A stretch of 64,000 nucleotides of DNA from Phoronis australis (lineage: Eukaryota > Animalia > Phoronida): the NCBI GenBank assembly GCA_002633005.1, contig NMRA01000250.1, forward strand, positions 155,534 to 219,533, in the 5' to 3' direction. Shown here one piece after another: positions 36,634 through 49,334 of the stretch. The notes below the pieces were generated by a model. The model ran no database searches. It was not told the origin of the DNA and saw nothing but the letters and a program-made list of their open reading frames with translations. How positions within the stretch are numbered: position 1 is the stretch's first letter; every line of letters starts with the position of its first letter. Both the position numbers and the translations under genes were made by a program.

Positions 36634-37192
36634 GCTTGTGACCAGACTTGGTAGTATTTTGGCCAAAAACAACATTGTCAAGTTCATTTTGTTCACTGCA
36701 ATAGGAGTGTTGAAACTGGTTTCCTTTAAAATCCATTACAGTTTCTTTTACAACATGTTCTAGGATGCCATTAGATGCATACTTGTGGAAGCCCATCACT
36801 AATGACAAGGAACTTCTCAATAATCCTGGTGTGTAGCAATAATGACCCGTCAGTTTTTCTGAAGACTTCACATCATTTCTAATTTGATAAGGAAAAAGAT
36901 TATTGAGTATCATTTTATGACAATAAGTGGCCAATCAAAAGGTGGGTTTTTGACAGAGGATGTGGGTTTATTCCCCTGAAACTCTCAACAAGATGAAACA
37001 AAAACAAACCTTGCAGAACGATAATTTTAACACACAAATACCATATCAGAGATTTCATATTGTTTGAAAAGGAAACACAAATGGTGTTCAGAAAATAAAC
37101 GGCAGTTGTTTATTGTATAAATATCTCTTGTAAACTTACAAAAAGTACACCATCAAGTAAATTTTAAATCTATCACACAACTAATGAGATCA

Positions 37193-37325
37193 TCATGAGT
37201 TGAAATCGGGAAGGATTGAAGACACTTTCCGTCTCATCTCCGCTAGACGCAGTTCTCGTGCTCGCTCAGCTTTTAACATGGCTGGATACTTTCTCCACTC
37301 TTTGAAGTATTTTTTCACCACTCGC
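37193..37325 (-). CDS. CCDC191: CCDC191 last exon
   Basis: RVVKKYFKEWRKYPAMLKAERARELRLAEMRRKVSSILPDFNS-stop matches the CCDC191 motif W......KEE...E.R...LRRKV..ILPDF; ttgtag acceptor, phase 2. Confidence 0.85.
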
Positions 37326-38164
37326 CTACAATGGATAAGACAGAAATATAAGCACACAGGTACTTATTTGCCTCCCGTGCTGAAGAGATTCAACTGCATG
37401 GATAAAGTTTATATGTGAGATTGTGTCATAGCAATAGGACAGTCCCCCAATTATACAGAGACATTTGAATATTGCAGTGTTTACCCACAATGCTGCAACA
37501 TCCGTCAAGCCTATGACACTGTGTTAGCACCATTGGCGTTTCACATATTATTTGCTAGAACCTTTGGTTTTTTCAAATTTTTCTCAACCACGTCAACTGT
37601 ATTTGATCTTCCAATGCTGGTCAAGTTTCACGGCTGTGCTGCAGACTGCAACTGTGACGACAGAAAGTTGGATAAACTTATGGAATATCCATGAAATGCG
37701 ACAGTTTCCCACGTGATGCTTAGAATCAGCCCGACATTTTTAAAACAAGAGCAACGCAGAGCGTTGAAATGCGCCCACAATTGCACCGTATACGGTATCC
37801 TTCTAGGGTTGTTTATTGGTACCATAAAGTGGCCAGTAGAGGGCATACATGTAGTATGTTGTACTTTGCAAATGGAAAGGCATGGTCATTGTCTCCTCAA
37901 AAGGCTAGGGGCAAAATGTGAGTGATCTTCATAATACAAGCACATCCTATACATCAGTTGCTTAAAGCACCACAGTAAAATAGAATTAAAAACAAATTTA
38001 CCAACATACGAGATTAGCAAAGCATTAGAATGCCACAAACTAATTTCTGCTTGGAACTTTTCCTTCATAGTCCCGAAGTAACACAAAGTATACACCAGTC
38101 AATAATGCAGTAGTTGGACCAGCAATAGAGGTTAGGCCAAGGCCCGCAAGACAAGTCGTCATGG

Positions 38165-41100
38165 AAATTTATTTGTTGGAATATCGAAGGTCTAAAGCAT
38201 AAAATACAGAGATCTGATTTTGTATATATGATATGTACATATGATATTATCGCATTTGTTGAAACATGGGGAATGAATGAAGATGAGTTTACACTGGAAG
38301 GGTACCAGTGTTTTGGGTCGGTGAGAAATAAACACCCTCAAGCATTTCGGAATTCTGGCGGTGTAGTATTACTTTGTAAGGATGTATTGGGGACTATTAG
38401 GCTTCCTTCAAATTCGTGTGATGTTTTATGGGTAAAAATTGACCTACCCGATTATCTGTATCCTGTTTTAGTTGCAGTTGTGTATCAGTCTCCAAAAAGT
38501 TCAAGTAAAAATTTGGAAATAATGAAAATACTTGAGCAAAGTTATACTGCAGAAATGTGAGGGGATTGTCACCTTTTAATTATGGGCGATTTTAATGCTC
38601 GTACGCGTAACTGGCCAGACTTTATTGCAGATGACAGTATTAAGTATATGAGTGAATCCAGTGCTATTTTTGATTGTGTTGGTTATGTAGAAGATCGCCT
38701 GTGTTGTAGTACCTCACAAGATAATGGTGAGGTAAATGAGTTTGGTACAGAATTATTTGATTTTTGTCAAAGAAATGAGATAAGAATTCTGAATGGAAGA
38801 GTAAGGAAAGATGCAGACATTGGTAGTGTAACATGTGTAACTTATAATGGATCTAATGTTGTTGATTATGTCATGATGAGCAATGATTTATTGTACTGTG
38901 TGGACGGTTTTGAAATCGGTGAAATATGTGAATCGACTGCGCACTTTCCATTGATTTTTAGTATGTGTAAGATGCAGCAAAACAACTGGGCTCAAGATGA
39001 GCAGAATGAAAATGTTTATAAATGGAACGAGGGGTTGAGCCTAAGATATGCAGAAAACTGGTCGAGCCCGGAGGTGGATCAGTTGCTCGCTGACGTACAG
39101 AGTCATTTACCCTCAACCATAGATTCAAGTGCAGAAAGTTTAATGGAAGCCATTAAATTATGTGCTGCAGACATGTTAAAACCAAAAGTGAACATATCTT
39201 ATAACCCAGTTAGTTTTCCCAAATGGTTTGACACTGAGTGTAGGGAAATGAGAGCTGTCGTTAGTCAAAAATTAAGTAATTTTAGATTCAGTATTGGAAC
39301 ACTGAGAGAAAACATTTGCTGAACTCTGTATGTACAAGATAGAAGGGATTATGGAAACTTAAAAAAAGTGAAACAGATAGAGTGCATAGGCGGATTTAGG
39401 GGGGGGCCCAGGGGCCCCCCCGTTGCCTGCCGCAAAAAAATAAAACAGTAAGAGCGCAGGGAAATGTTGACTTTATTAATTAACCCCGGTAATTAAAATT
39501 ATACGGATGAAAAAAGATTTAAATGTGTGCAGTTTTAGTGTTGGGGAGGGGGGGGGGGNNNNNNNNNNNNNNNNNNNNNNNNNNNNNNNNNNNNNNNNNN
39601 NNNNNNNNNNNNNNNNNNNNNNNNNNNNNNNNNNNNNNNNNNNNNNNNNNNNNNNNNNNNNNNNNNNNNNNNNNNNNNNNNNNNNNNNNNNNNNNNNNNN
39701 NNNNNNNNNNNNNNNNNNNNNNNNNNNNNNNNNNNNNNNNNNNNNNNNNNNNNNNNNNNNNNNNNNNNNNNNNNNNNNNNNNNNNNNNNNNNNNNNNNNN
39801 NNNNNNNNNNNNNNNNNNNNNNNNNNNNNNNNNNNNNNNNNNNNNNNNNNNNNNNNNNNNNNNNNNNNNNNNNNNNNNNNNNNNNNNNNNNNNNNNNNNN
39901 NNNNNNNNNNNNNNNNNNNNNNNNNNNNNNNNNNNNNNNNNNNNNNNNNNNNNNNNNNNNNNNNNNNNNNNNNNNNNNNNNNNNNNNNNNNNNNNNNNNN
40001 NNNNNNNNNNNNNNNNNNNNNNNNNNNNNNNNNNNNNNNNNNNNNNNNNNNNNNNNNNNNNNNNNNNNNNNNNNNNNNNNNNNNNNNNNNNNNNNNNNNN
40101 NNNNNNNNNNNNNNNNNNNNNNNNNNNNNNNNNNNNNNNNNNNNNNNNNNNNNNNNNNNNNNNNNNNNNNNNNNNNNNNNNNNNNNNNNNNNNNNNNNNN
40201 NNNNNNNNNNNNNNNNNNNNNNNNNNNNNNNNNNNNNNNNNNNNNNNNNNNNNNNNNNNNNNNNNNNNNNNNNNNNNNNNNNNNNNNNNNNNNNNNNNNN
40301 NNNNNNNNNNNNNNNNNNNNNNNNNNNNNNNNNNNNNNNNNNNNNNNNNNNNNNNNNCGAAATTATACAAACCATCGGTAGTATGAAAGACGGAACTTCG
40401 CCAGGATGTGATAAAATTAGTATTGAGTTCTACAAGTATGCTGATAAAAAGTTGGTAGATTCGCTGTTCCAACTATACAACTACTTTTTTAAAAATGGTG
40501 TGTTTCCAAAAGAATGGACAAAATCCATTAAAGTACCGATATTTAAGGGCGGTACCAAAATTCCTGAAAATTTCAGGGGAATATCCCTCATGCAAGTTAC
40601 AGCCATAATATTCGAAAAAATATTGTGCCAGCGACTTCAAAAATGGTCGGAAAGGAAAAAGTAATTAGTATGTCTCAAGCTGCGTTTAGGAAACGGCACA
40701 GTACGATGGATCACATGTTTGCTTTATATACGTTAATAATTAAATATTTGACACGAGAGAAAGGTAAATTTTATTGTGATTTCGTGGATTTTAAGGCAGC
40801 CTATGGCAGTATACATAGAAGCGCATTGTTTTTTAAATTAAAGAACAATCACATAGACCGTAAGATGTATAAGATAATCAAAGCAATGTACGCTGAAGTA
40901 AAAGCGTCTGTGAGACTGAGTAACGGAAGCTACACGGAGTTCTTTGATTGTCATAATAGTCTAAAACAAGGCTCTCAGCTATCACCGTTTTTGTTTATTT
41001 TATTTATAAACGATCTCGAACAAGAATTAGAATCCGGTGGCGGTGAAAAAATTTCCATGGGATCAGCTGAATTATTGCATCTGTTGTTTGCTGATGATTT

Positions 41101-41194
41101 GGTTTTATTTTCTTATAGTGTGAAAGGACTGCAGAAAAAATTGAACATTTTATATGAGTATAGTCAGAAATGGAAATTGATTGTTAACATGTAA
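38165..41194 (+). mobile_element. Decayed non-LTR retrotransposon ORF2 (APE endonuclease + RT; CR1/L2-group-like) in the last CCDC191 intron, interrupted by a MITE and an N gap, 3' truncated
   Basis: APE motifs WNIEGL, ETW, SGGV, GDFNAR, NGR, VVDY, HFP; RT motifs PG.D.I, PIFK.G, NFRGISL, Q.AFR, FVDFK.AY, QGSQLSPFLF, LFADD; stop at 38558 and frameshift near 40660. Confidence 0.92.
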
Positions 41195-42484
41195 ACAATG
41201 GCTTAGACCAATCAGATCATTCAGAATCTGTCACATGATCTCTTCTCTAAAATTGCAAAACTCGCGTCACAAAATAGAACACGAAAATTGTCAAGATAAA
41301 TTGAAATACATAAAAGGCAATTTAAAACGCATTTGCAGTAACGAGAATAGCACTTTGCATCCCGTTTCGGCGGCACGTAGAAAATTGCACTCAAAGCGGT
41401 CAGGCCTTAGTTAGGGCTTAGCAGCCAACGGCAACGGGCGTGCATGTGGGGACAAACAAAAGAATTTCATACATCACTCACATCCTACATTTCCAATCCA
41501 ACGAATAACCGGTTACGGTTGAATTTCCTTTCAGTGAGCATTGTTATTGCTGGTGTTTCATAGTTTTCAGTCGATCCTCCGACTCCAACTTAGTCCGAGG
41601 CGACACGCCCACAAACTCCATAATTGTTCCTCTCTCAAAGTTTACAGAGCACAAACCTTGACTTATATTGTTTTTGAAGACATTGACCGTTTCTTTTATC
41701 CACTTTTCCATGAAATACTCTGTGTACTCCACGCTCCACGCATTTTTGACAGCAGAATCGCACTATTTGTCGCCGTGATTTTATACCAAATGCAGACGCC
41801 ATTGATGAACTGTGCTATCCCAGGCACAGGCGCTTGAATTTATCTGTTCCTCGATTGCCTCTGACGTTACTCACTACTAAGAAAGCATGTTTCTTGTAAA
41901 TGGTTACGAGTCATCGAGAAATTCAAGCGCCTGTGATCCGCAATTACAATTTTCGTTCCTCCGAAACATAGAGAGCAGTTTCCGCTTTTCGAGCAAATCC
42001 GATTTTTTCCGCGGAAGTATAACGAAAATACGCGGAGGGGCTAAAAGAAAAAAGCGGAAATCCGCGTTTCCGCGGAAAATTCCAAGCCTTGAAAATAACA
42101 TCCTATGCTACCTAGGAAGATTTCATTATCGCGATGGACTACAAAGTCAAAAGCATATTCTGCTCCTACATGTATTGGCTCTTGTGTATGTTTCAATGTC
42201 TCGTTGGCTTTGAGGTATTCCTTCACGAAAGTATTGGGGATATGTCGGAGTGTATCCTTTTAGGTAGGTAAATGGTAATAAGGAGAGGGGAAGGTGGGGC
42301 AAAAGAGGCAGAGACCAAAACCAAAAAAAACATAGGTACCATTTCATGTACCCAGTTTCCTGAATGCCACGATATTACATTGATTTCGATTCTGAACGTG
42401 AGGCAGCACACTCTTCCCCATGCTACAGAATAAAACCCCTGGAATTTGATAGGATGATTCTTTGTCCAAGAGCAACTGTCTCAC

Positions 42485-42639
42485 CTAATGTCGTGTTGCC
42501 TTGCTCTCCGTTCGTTTTCCCATGCGTCAAACTTTGCCTGTGTTATGTAATCCAGCCAGGCATTGAATATCTTCACCTTCAGTCGACTGTAGAAGAATTT
42601 GTCAGCTTTCTGTTCCTGTATACTCCTCAGTTCACCACA
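42485..42639 (-). CDS. CCDC191: CCDC191 exon
   Basis: 155 bp, phase 0-2; CGELRSIQEQKADKFFYSRLKVKIFNAWLDY...ARQHDIR. Confidence 0.85.
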
Positions 42640-44151
42640 CTGCAAAGACAAAATATGACCTCACCAAGCAGAAAAATAACACGGTAAGGAATCACGGCCC
42701 ACATGCATAAAAGTTATCTACTGGATAGCAACAATGATGTCCACTACATAGGCAGCACTCAACACAGGCAAAATGCCCTTTTGCAAATACGAGTGACAGC
42801 ATATTTTGCACTCGTATTTCCAAATTTGCACAACGACCAAAAAAAAACAACAGCTGAATGTTTCCCCGTTCGCATAATACGAGTCAGGTCAATTTAATAC
42901 TCACATTATACCTTTTCCACTCGTATTTACGAGCGAGTACTTGCTTATGCCAAGCCCTGACACATCACTTGCAATTGTAGTCCTCGATGTCAAGTAACAC
43001 TCAAACTTTTCTAGTGGATACATTTTAAAGTTTTATGCAACCCAGCCCTGGACAGCCCTGGAGTCTTGTAGTAGTCTCAGTTACGATCAAAACAATAGTC
43101 CTCAACCTAGTGTGTACATTTCCTGTCAAGCTTTCACGAAACGCAACTTGAATTGTGCAAACAAAAAATCTGACATAAAAGAACAGTGAGCAGTAAATCC
43201 CAAATAAATTAAGAATGAGACAAAGATGATTAAGACAAAAACTGATGACACACTTCTGGTGGCCCTTGGAGAAAACAATTCACATACAGAAAGATTCCGC
43301 AAAAGCTAATGACATCACTCTTTGTCAATGATATGAATTTAAAAAAAAAACCTGTGACAGCAGAAATTCTAGGTAAATCCCGACTCTTCCCTTTATCAAC
43401 TCTTAAGAAAATTCACGTGGGTACATGGAAACACAAAGTGTTTGACTAGGAGGTCAGTTGAACAACAATGCACAACAACAGAGGAACCTGTTTGAATGTA
43501 CAAATGATAAGTTATATTAGCAACAGATTGAAAGAGATCTGGTTAGCATGATTTAGGGAATAGTGTTTGCAGCTGTGGTGAGCTAAATGTTTCTATCACT
43601 AACACACTGGAGTTCAACTGACTTACTGACACACTTGATGTTTAACCTTTTAACCTTTGCTCTCCTGAAGACCCTTTAAACATCATGTTTTACCATAAAT
43701 GCTGATATCATGGTGCTTATTTTAAAATTCTTAACCTTCCTCAGAAGACTCCACAGGTATGGCTTCGCAAAGTAAAAAATGGCTGGAAGAGCTTACCCTT
43801 GCATCTGATTAAGATTCGAAACACCAGGTTTTGAGTCATTGAGGAGCCAAGCGTTACTGATAACGTTTCATGTGAAATAAACAAAAACTTCACGACTGAG
43901 TAACTGACTTCGAATATTCATTCTATGAATAAGTTATTCAGTGAAATGGTATGAGAGCGTACATCACAAAGGTTGACCATGTATATCATAGCAAATCTAC
44001 TGGTAAAGGCGTTGTGCAGTAAATTTAAGTACAGAACACCAAGAAAACCTTGGCATACACTGCACAATCTGTACTTGACTTCCATGTAAGCATTTCTGTT
44101 TAAAGACAGCATGAATACCAACTGAAGTTATCCCCTGACACGGCAACATAC

Positions 44152-44269
44152 CTTTTTCCAGTTGTTCAGGTATCGGTTCACTAACATGTAGTTGTACATT
44201 TCGTCTGCAAGCTGCTCCTTTTCTGAAACAATATCCCTGACTGTGCTGTGCCAAGCTAGAACAACTTTT
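44152..44269 (-). CDS. CCDC191: CCDC191 exon
   Basis: 118 bp, phase 2-0; KVVLAWHS...LADEMYNYMLVNRYLNNWKK. Confidence 0.85.
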
Positions 44270-45392
44270 CTGTAATGAATAGGGATATTCATGTGGTGAA
44301 CAAAATATCACAAACAACACATTTTCACGCAGACGAGTCACGTGATTAAACATCTAAAATGCAGCATGCTTCACATTTTGTGGTAATTCAAATTTTAGTC
44401 ACACATTCATGCGGTGAACAAAATTCCACAAACAACACATTTTCACGCAAACGAGTGATGTGATTTAACATCTTGAAATGCAGCATGCTTCCCATTTTAG
44501 GGTAATTGAAATTTTAGTGCCAGCGGGAGTCAAAACTTGCAATTATGCACCATGAAGTTTGAAATCCTCAAATGCCCAATAAATGAACTTGTCTGAAGCT
44601 GCAGAATACAACTTAAGGTTTTTGGGAAGCTTTTACTTTGTCAGTACTATCTGCAGCAGTGGTCACAGAGCCTAAGAAAGCATATTTCATTTCATAATTC
44701 AACATTCGCTAAATTTAGGGATATGGCAGGCAGAAACAATACATGCTGAAAACCAATCATGAAAAGAAAAATGTTAAGACTCTATGAGACTAAACAATGG
44801 TCAAAATGTTTGGCATTTACTGGGTAATTCAATGTCACATGTTTGTGTCATAATTAATAGTAGCAGTGTGGAGATCATTAATACCCACTGATACTCAAAG
44901 CAAACAAAACCATTTGCCGCCATCTTGGCCTTGTAACCCCATTACTAAGTCAATTTTTGGCTTTGACAGAAATCGAGAGTGAACTCTACGTTGAATTCTC
45001 AATATTGAAAATAAGTAGAGATTTTTTCATGCAGCGCCCCTAATTTAAGGACTAAGTCCCTAACTTTTATAACTAAATTAAGAGTTCAGTTTTTAATAAT
45101 ATTATTAGAAGATGTCATAAAACAAAGAGGAACTCAAGATGAATATAACATGATGGAAAAATATTGCAACTGTGAGTAAAGAACAAAACAAATGCACAAA
45201 AGATTTAGGGAACTTAGGTGAGTCCTATTTAGGACTGTTTCATGCAACAGGGCACAGGGGTGCATTCCGTCAGTTTCTTACACCTTTGGCAAGATTTCAC
45301 AAGCTTTCTAGTCTAGTGTTATGGAACGCACCACTGAAGGGATAGTAGGACATATCATTTGAAAAGGATAAGTCACTTTAATTCTAAATCAC

Positions 45393-45571
45393 CTGAGTAA
45401 ATAGTCATTGGCATGTTGAGCAGCCCGTTGCGTGTTTCCTCTCATTTCGTTGACAAGTTTACGCCATGGCCTCCAACCATAGTTGACCAGAAGACTCTTT
45501 TGGTAGTGACTTGATGCCGCTTGGGCCAACTCTTGCATTTTCTGAATGGCGCGCTGTTTTTCTTCCTCTTT
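45393..45571 (-). CDS. CCDC191: CCDC191 exon
   Basis: 179 bp, phase 0-2; AASSHYQKSLLVNYGWRPWRKL resembles CCDC191 AKEHYERVLLRKKGLEPWKRL. Confidence 0.88.
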
Positions 45572-47894
45572 CTGGAGAGATCAGTAACTTTTCAAATAAT
45601 GCTTTAAATTTATGCATTTACCACAAAAGTCATCATTGGGGTTATTATTTTACTCATAACTGAGCACCAAAACCCATGTTTAAAATAGCTCACTTCCCCT
45701 GTTTGGTTGCCACGATGTACAGACATTAACCTGTCTCATGAACCCAACATGCGTGCTGTCATGGTGAGAGAGACATCTGTTGCCAAAACAAATCATCACA
45801 GTAACAACAGATGGCTGGGACACTTAATCATCCATTTCATTCATATCACTTACATTAATGACTTTTACGATTTGAAACTAGATGGCACTGCATAGAACAT
45901 TAGGAAATGTTTGCATAATGGCATAATGGAGTTTTAATCTACACCAGTTATAAATCTATACAATATGACTGATATCTCCATTAAAATCATTACCAGGGGA
46001 TAAAACTGTTGACAAAATCTGCTCTAAATGAAAGATATCAAAGACTCTACATAATAAAAAGGCACCGGAAAAAATTTAGTAGATATCTGGCAAGTAGTTT
46101 GTCAGTCTATTGTCAAACATAAACAACCGCTATAACTACATGTAGCTATTCTTGAAGGCTGATAGGATACCAAATCAGAACTGAGGTACTGACCCTAGCC
46201 ACAAAGAGGTGCAACAACTGTTGATGACATATGCACATCAAGGTCTCCACGGCAATAAAACATTTGCAAATATTTTGATGACCTCTTACCGTGTTGAAGT
46301 TGCACAGCGCCAAATATGTTATGCTACGTTTGAAAATGTACGCAATATTTAAATCTTGAACTGGCTTGGAAATACAGATAACAAACATTTAGTCTGGTTG
46401 GAATGCCACCTGTAGGCCACATCATGTGACCTAATGCTCATTAGGTCATATGATAAGGCCAATAGGTGGTGTGCAGACATTTTTTGACCTCAGTACACCT
46501 GTGGCAGTTCTTCACTTTTTAGCACGCAATATGGCCGACTAGTTCTCAGCAAAAATACTGATTAAGAGAGTTTTAGCCCATTACTAGCATGGTTTGCAGA
46601 ATGTAAATGTCATAAAACAAAGTTTCCATTATGGTTAGCACGGAAACCAGCTTAAATTGGACAATGGAAAGTTTTGGCGATTATTTTCATGCGAAATAAA
46701 TGAAGAATCACAGTACATGTTGAGGCTCTAAAAACATTAAAGCCATCTGCATGTAATATCAATAAAAATTCAAGCTAGCTCCCAACAAACATAATTTATA
46801 CACTAATTTTGAAAATAATCACGTCAATAGGGGTGTGCAAACAAATTGAATATACAGACTTCATAGTTGACCGGTTTGCATAGTTAACTCACCAGTCAAG
46901 CATTCGTAACTTCCCATGTGCGAATTTCACATGACTACAACAGCATGCGATATCCCGTATGGATGGAGTTGTGAGTATACAAAGTTCATACCTTTATTAA
47001 CATAGAGGCGTGTAATACCAGATTACTGAGACATTTTCCCAGGTACAAAATTGTGTGCGAATTAGGTGAGGCATTAGATTTCCGCCAAGGCTTGTGCAAA
47101 ATTATTGAAGGACAATTAAATTTTGGGCAAACCAAATTAGGTAAATGTGCGAGATAGGTGGAGAACTACCATGGAGTGTTTCAGTAGCTTTAGTGCTTGA
47201 AATACCAAAAATACATCCAAGTTGTTGTTCAATTAATTTTGAATAATTTAGTAATGAGATAAAAAATGGAGAACTTCCATTTGCTTTTAAAACACTTTGT
47301 TAAAATCAAAAGGTTTTCCTTGAAAACTTCATTTTCAAATTCTCCAAAATTCTATGATTTCAAGCACTTGTGCATACCCTGTACAACTGTTATGAAATCG
47401 TGCAACAAAGTGATGTGTAACTGGACATAACAAAACTGACAAGAGAGATTACACTTTGGTACAACACCTCTAGTCACAGATATATGTTGTGCCATAGAAG
47501 CAAAGGTAGACATTTGCTTTGATAGCAGTATATGTGCTCTCGGTAACTCCTCTCATATTTCGCAAAAAATAATATAATCAAAAAAATAATTTTCTGATTT
47601 TTCAAAGCCTGACCGCAACGCTACAGATTATGAAAAACTGACCAAATATCATATCTTCATTTTTAAGTTATCACAAAATGCAAGCTGATAATCCAGAGGA
47701 GGCAGTAATGCATATCATTTGCAAATCAAAACAATGCAAAGTTCAAAGCAAAGTACAAAGTACATTCTATGGTCCGAGAAGAGCACTTGCAAGATAAACC
47801 AATAACAACATAGTGGCCCCCACACTGACCAGTTATCACAGTGTATCAGATGAGATTTTGACCTTCATAACTACTGATTCCTGCATTTACACTA

Positions 47895-48570
47895 ATGATG
47901 GCTACTCAGCTTGCATCTCTGTTGTTACTGCTACTGGCATACGTTCCTCAACCGAGTTTCCAGGAACAAGTGGGACCCGCAGGGGAGACAAGCAACAATT
48001 CATGTGCGTGCAAGACTGGCGAGCTGCTGGAACTTATGAAACAAATCCAAACGTCCCAGCTCAACATCCAAGGTGAGGTCAACTTGCTGAGAGAGCAACT
48101 GCTCACCAAATTGAGCACTGAAGACGTTGTTAGGCGGCAGAATCAAGAGTTTGTGCGGAAAGAGATTGCAGGGCTCAAGGCAGACCTCGTTAAGCAGTTG
48201 GCCAGCCAGTCGGCACAGAATCAGAAATCTATCCAAACTCTAGCAGCCTCCATAAAGTCCGGTGCCCAGCAAAAGTGCCCAAGGGACTATACCGAGTATG
48301 GGGATTCCTGTTACAAGATTGTCAAGTCTTCGTCTAGCTGGGAGGATGCGTTGCAACGATGCCATGAAGATGGCGGCCATCTTGTTTCCATAGAGACGAA
48401 AGAGGAGCAGACGTTTATCGAGAATATGATTAAGCATACAATCAATAACTTTGGAGTCTTCACTAAAGATAACATCAACTTCTGGATTGGTGGGCACGAC
48501 AAAAAGACGGAAAGAACTCACATTTGGGAATCAACAGGAAAGAAATTTACATTCGTCAACTGGGATAAAG
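47895..48570 (+). CDS. Secreted C-type lectin, exon 1 (signal peptide, CxC, coiled-coil neck, most of the CTLD)
   Basis: Hydrophobic leader LASLLLLLLAY; CP..Y..Y.DSCY, W.DA...C...GGHLVSIET.EEQ.FI, FWIG and FVNW motifs; donor G/GTTGGT. Confidence 0.92.
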
Positions 48571-49033
48571 GTTGGTGACAGTGTGTTCTTTAACTGGCCG
48601 ATAGAGTCAAAAACAAACAAACTCACAGGCAAAAAACAACTTAATGAATTTAAGTCTTTGTTCAAAGTGCAAAATGTAAGAGTCCAGGCCAGTTTTTAGG
48701 ATGGAAGTCTTCAAAAGCTTTAACATAATATTTCCCTGACCGTTAATTTGTTCTATCTGGGTCAAGTTAAGTTGTGGAACTTGCAGGCTAAAACTCGCTC
48801 ACTTAAAAGAACTCTTCCTTCCATTTCATGTACAAAATATGGAATTGAGAAATATGCTAATCAAGCCTGCCTCACTTTATTATAAAAATTCTTATCTCAA
48901 CAATATGGGTTTCAAAATTTTGTTGCAAACTAAAACATGATCCATTTGTGGATCGGCCAAAATGTGGTTAAATACACAAACTTGTTGATAAGGTTACACG
49001 TCACGTACTTTAACTACACTGAGTCAATTTTAG

Positions 49034-49140
49034 GTCAACCCGACAACAGTGGCAATGAAGACTGCACAGAGATGTGGAAAGGATTTAAATGGAACGATGA
49101 CAACTGTGGGGCCAGAAAGAGTTACATATGCGAGATTTGA
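49034..49140 (+). CDS. Secreted C-type lectin, exon 2 (QPD and WND motifs); spliced product 260 aa
   Basis: ttttag acceptor, phase 1; GQPDNSGNEDCTEM...WNDDNC.....YICE-stop. Confidence 0.92.
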
Positions 49141-49334
49141 ATTTTATAATAAGCAACTATGGTAAAAGTTATCCAGTTTGAACCAGAGACAAGGTGTAAT
49201 TCAATTTACCAAATATCTTAAGGAATTTTTACTTTGTTGTCAGCATGGTGTATCAGGTACAGTGCATTTGCAGCAATGTTGTAAGCTTTTGAAACTTAGA
49301 AAAATGGTTATTTTCGGATTCATGTTTTTCCCAA

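Noticed and set aside
39476-40472. Long ORFs in the track
   Set aside because: They run through N gaps (also 49723-50423); artefacts.
41412-42960. Possible TIR element (AGGGCTTAGCA / TGCCAAGCCCT) capturing an exon
   Set aside because: The match is short with no TSD, and the enclosed 42485-42639 exon is a normal in-phase CCDC191 exon; likely ends of separate MITEs.
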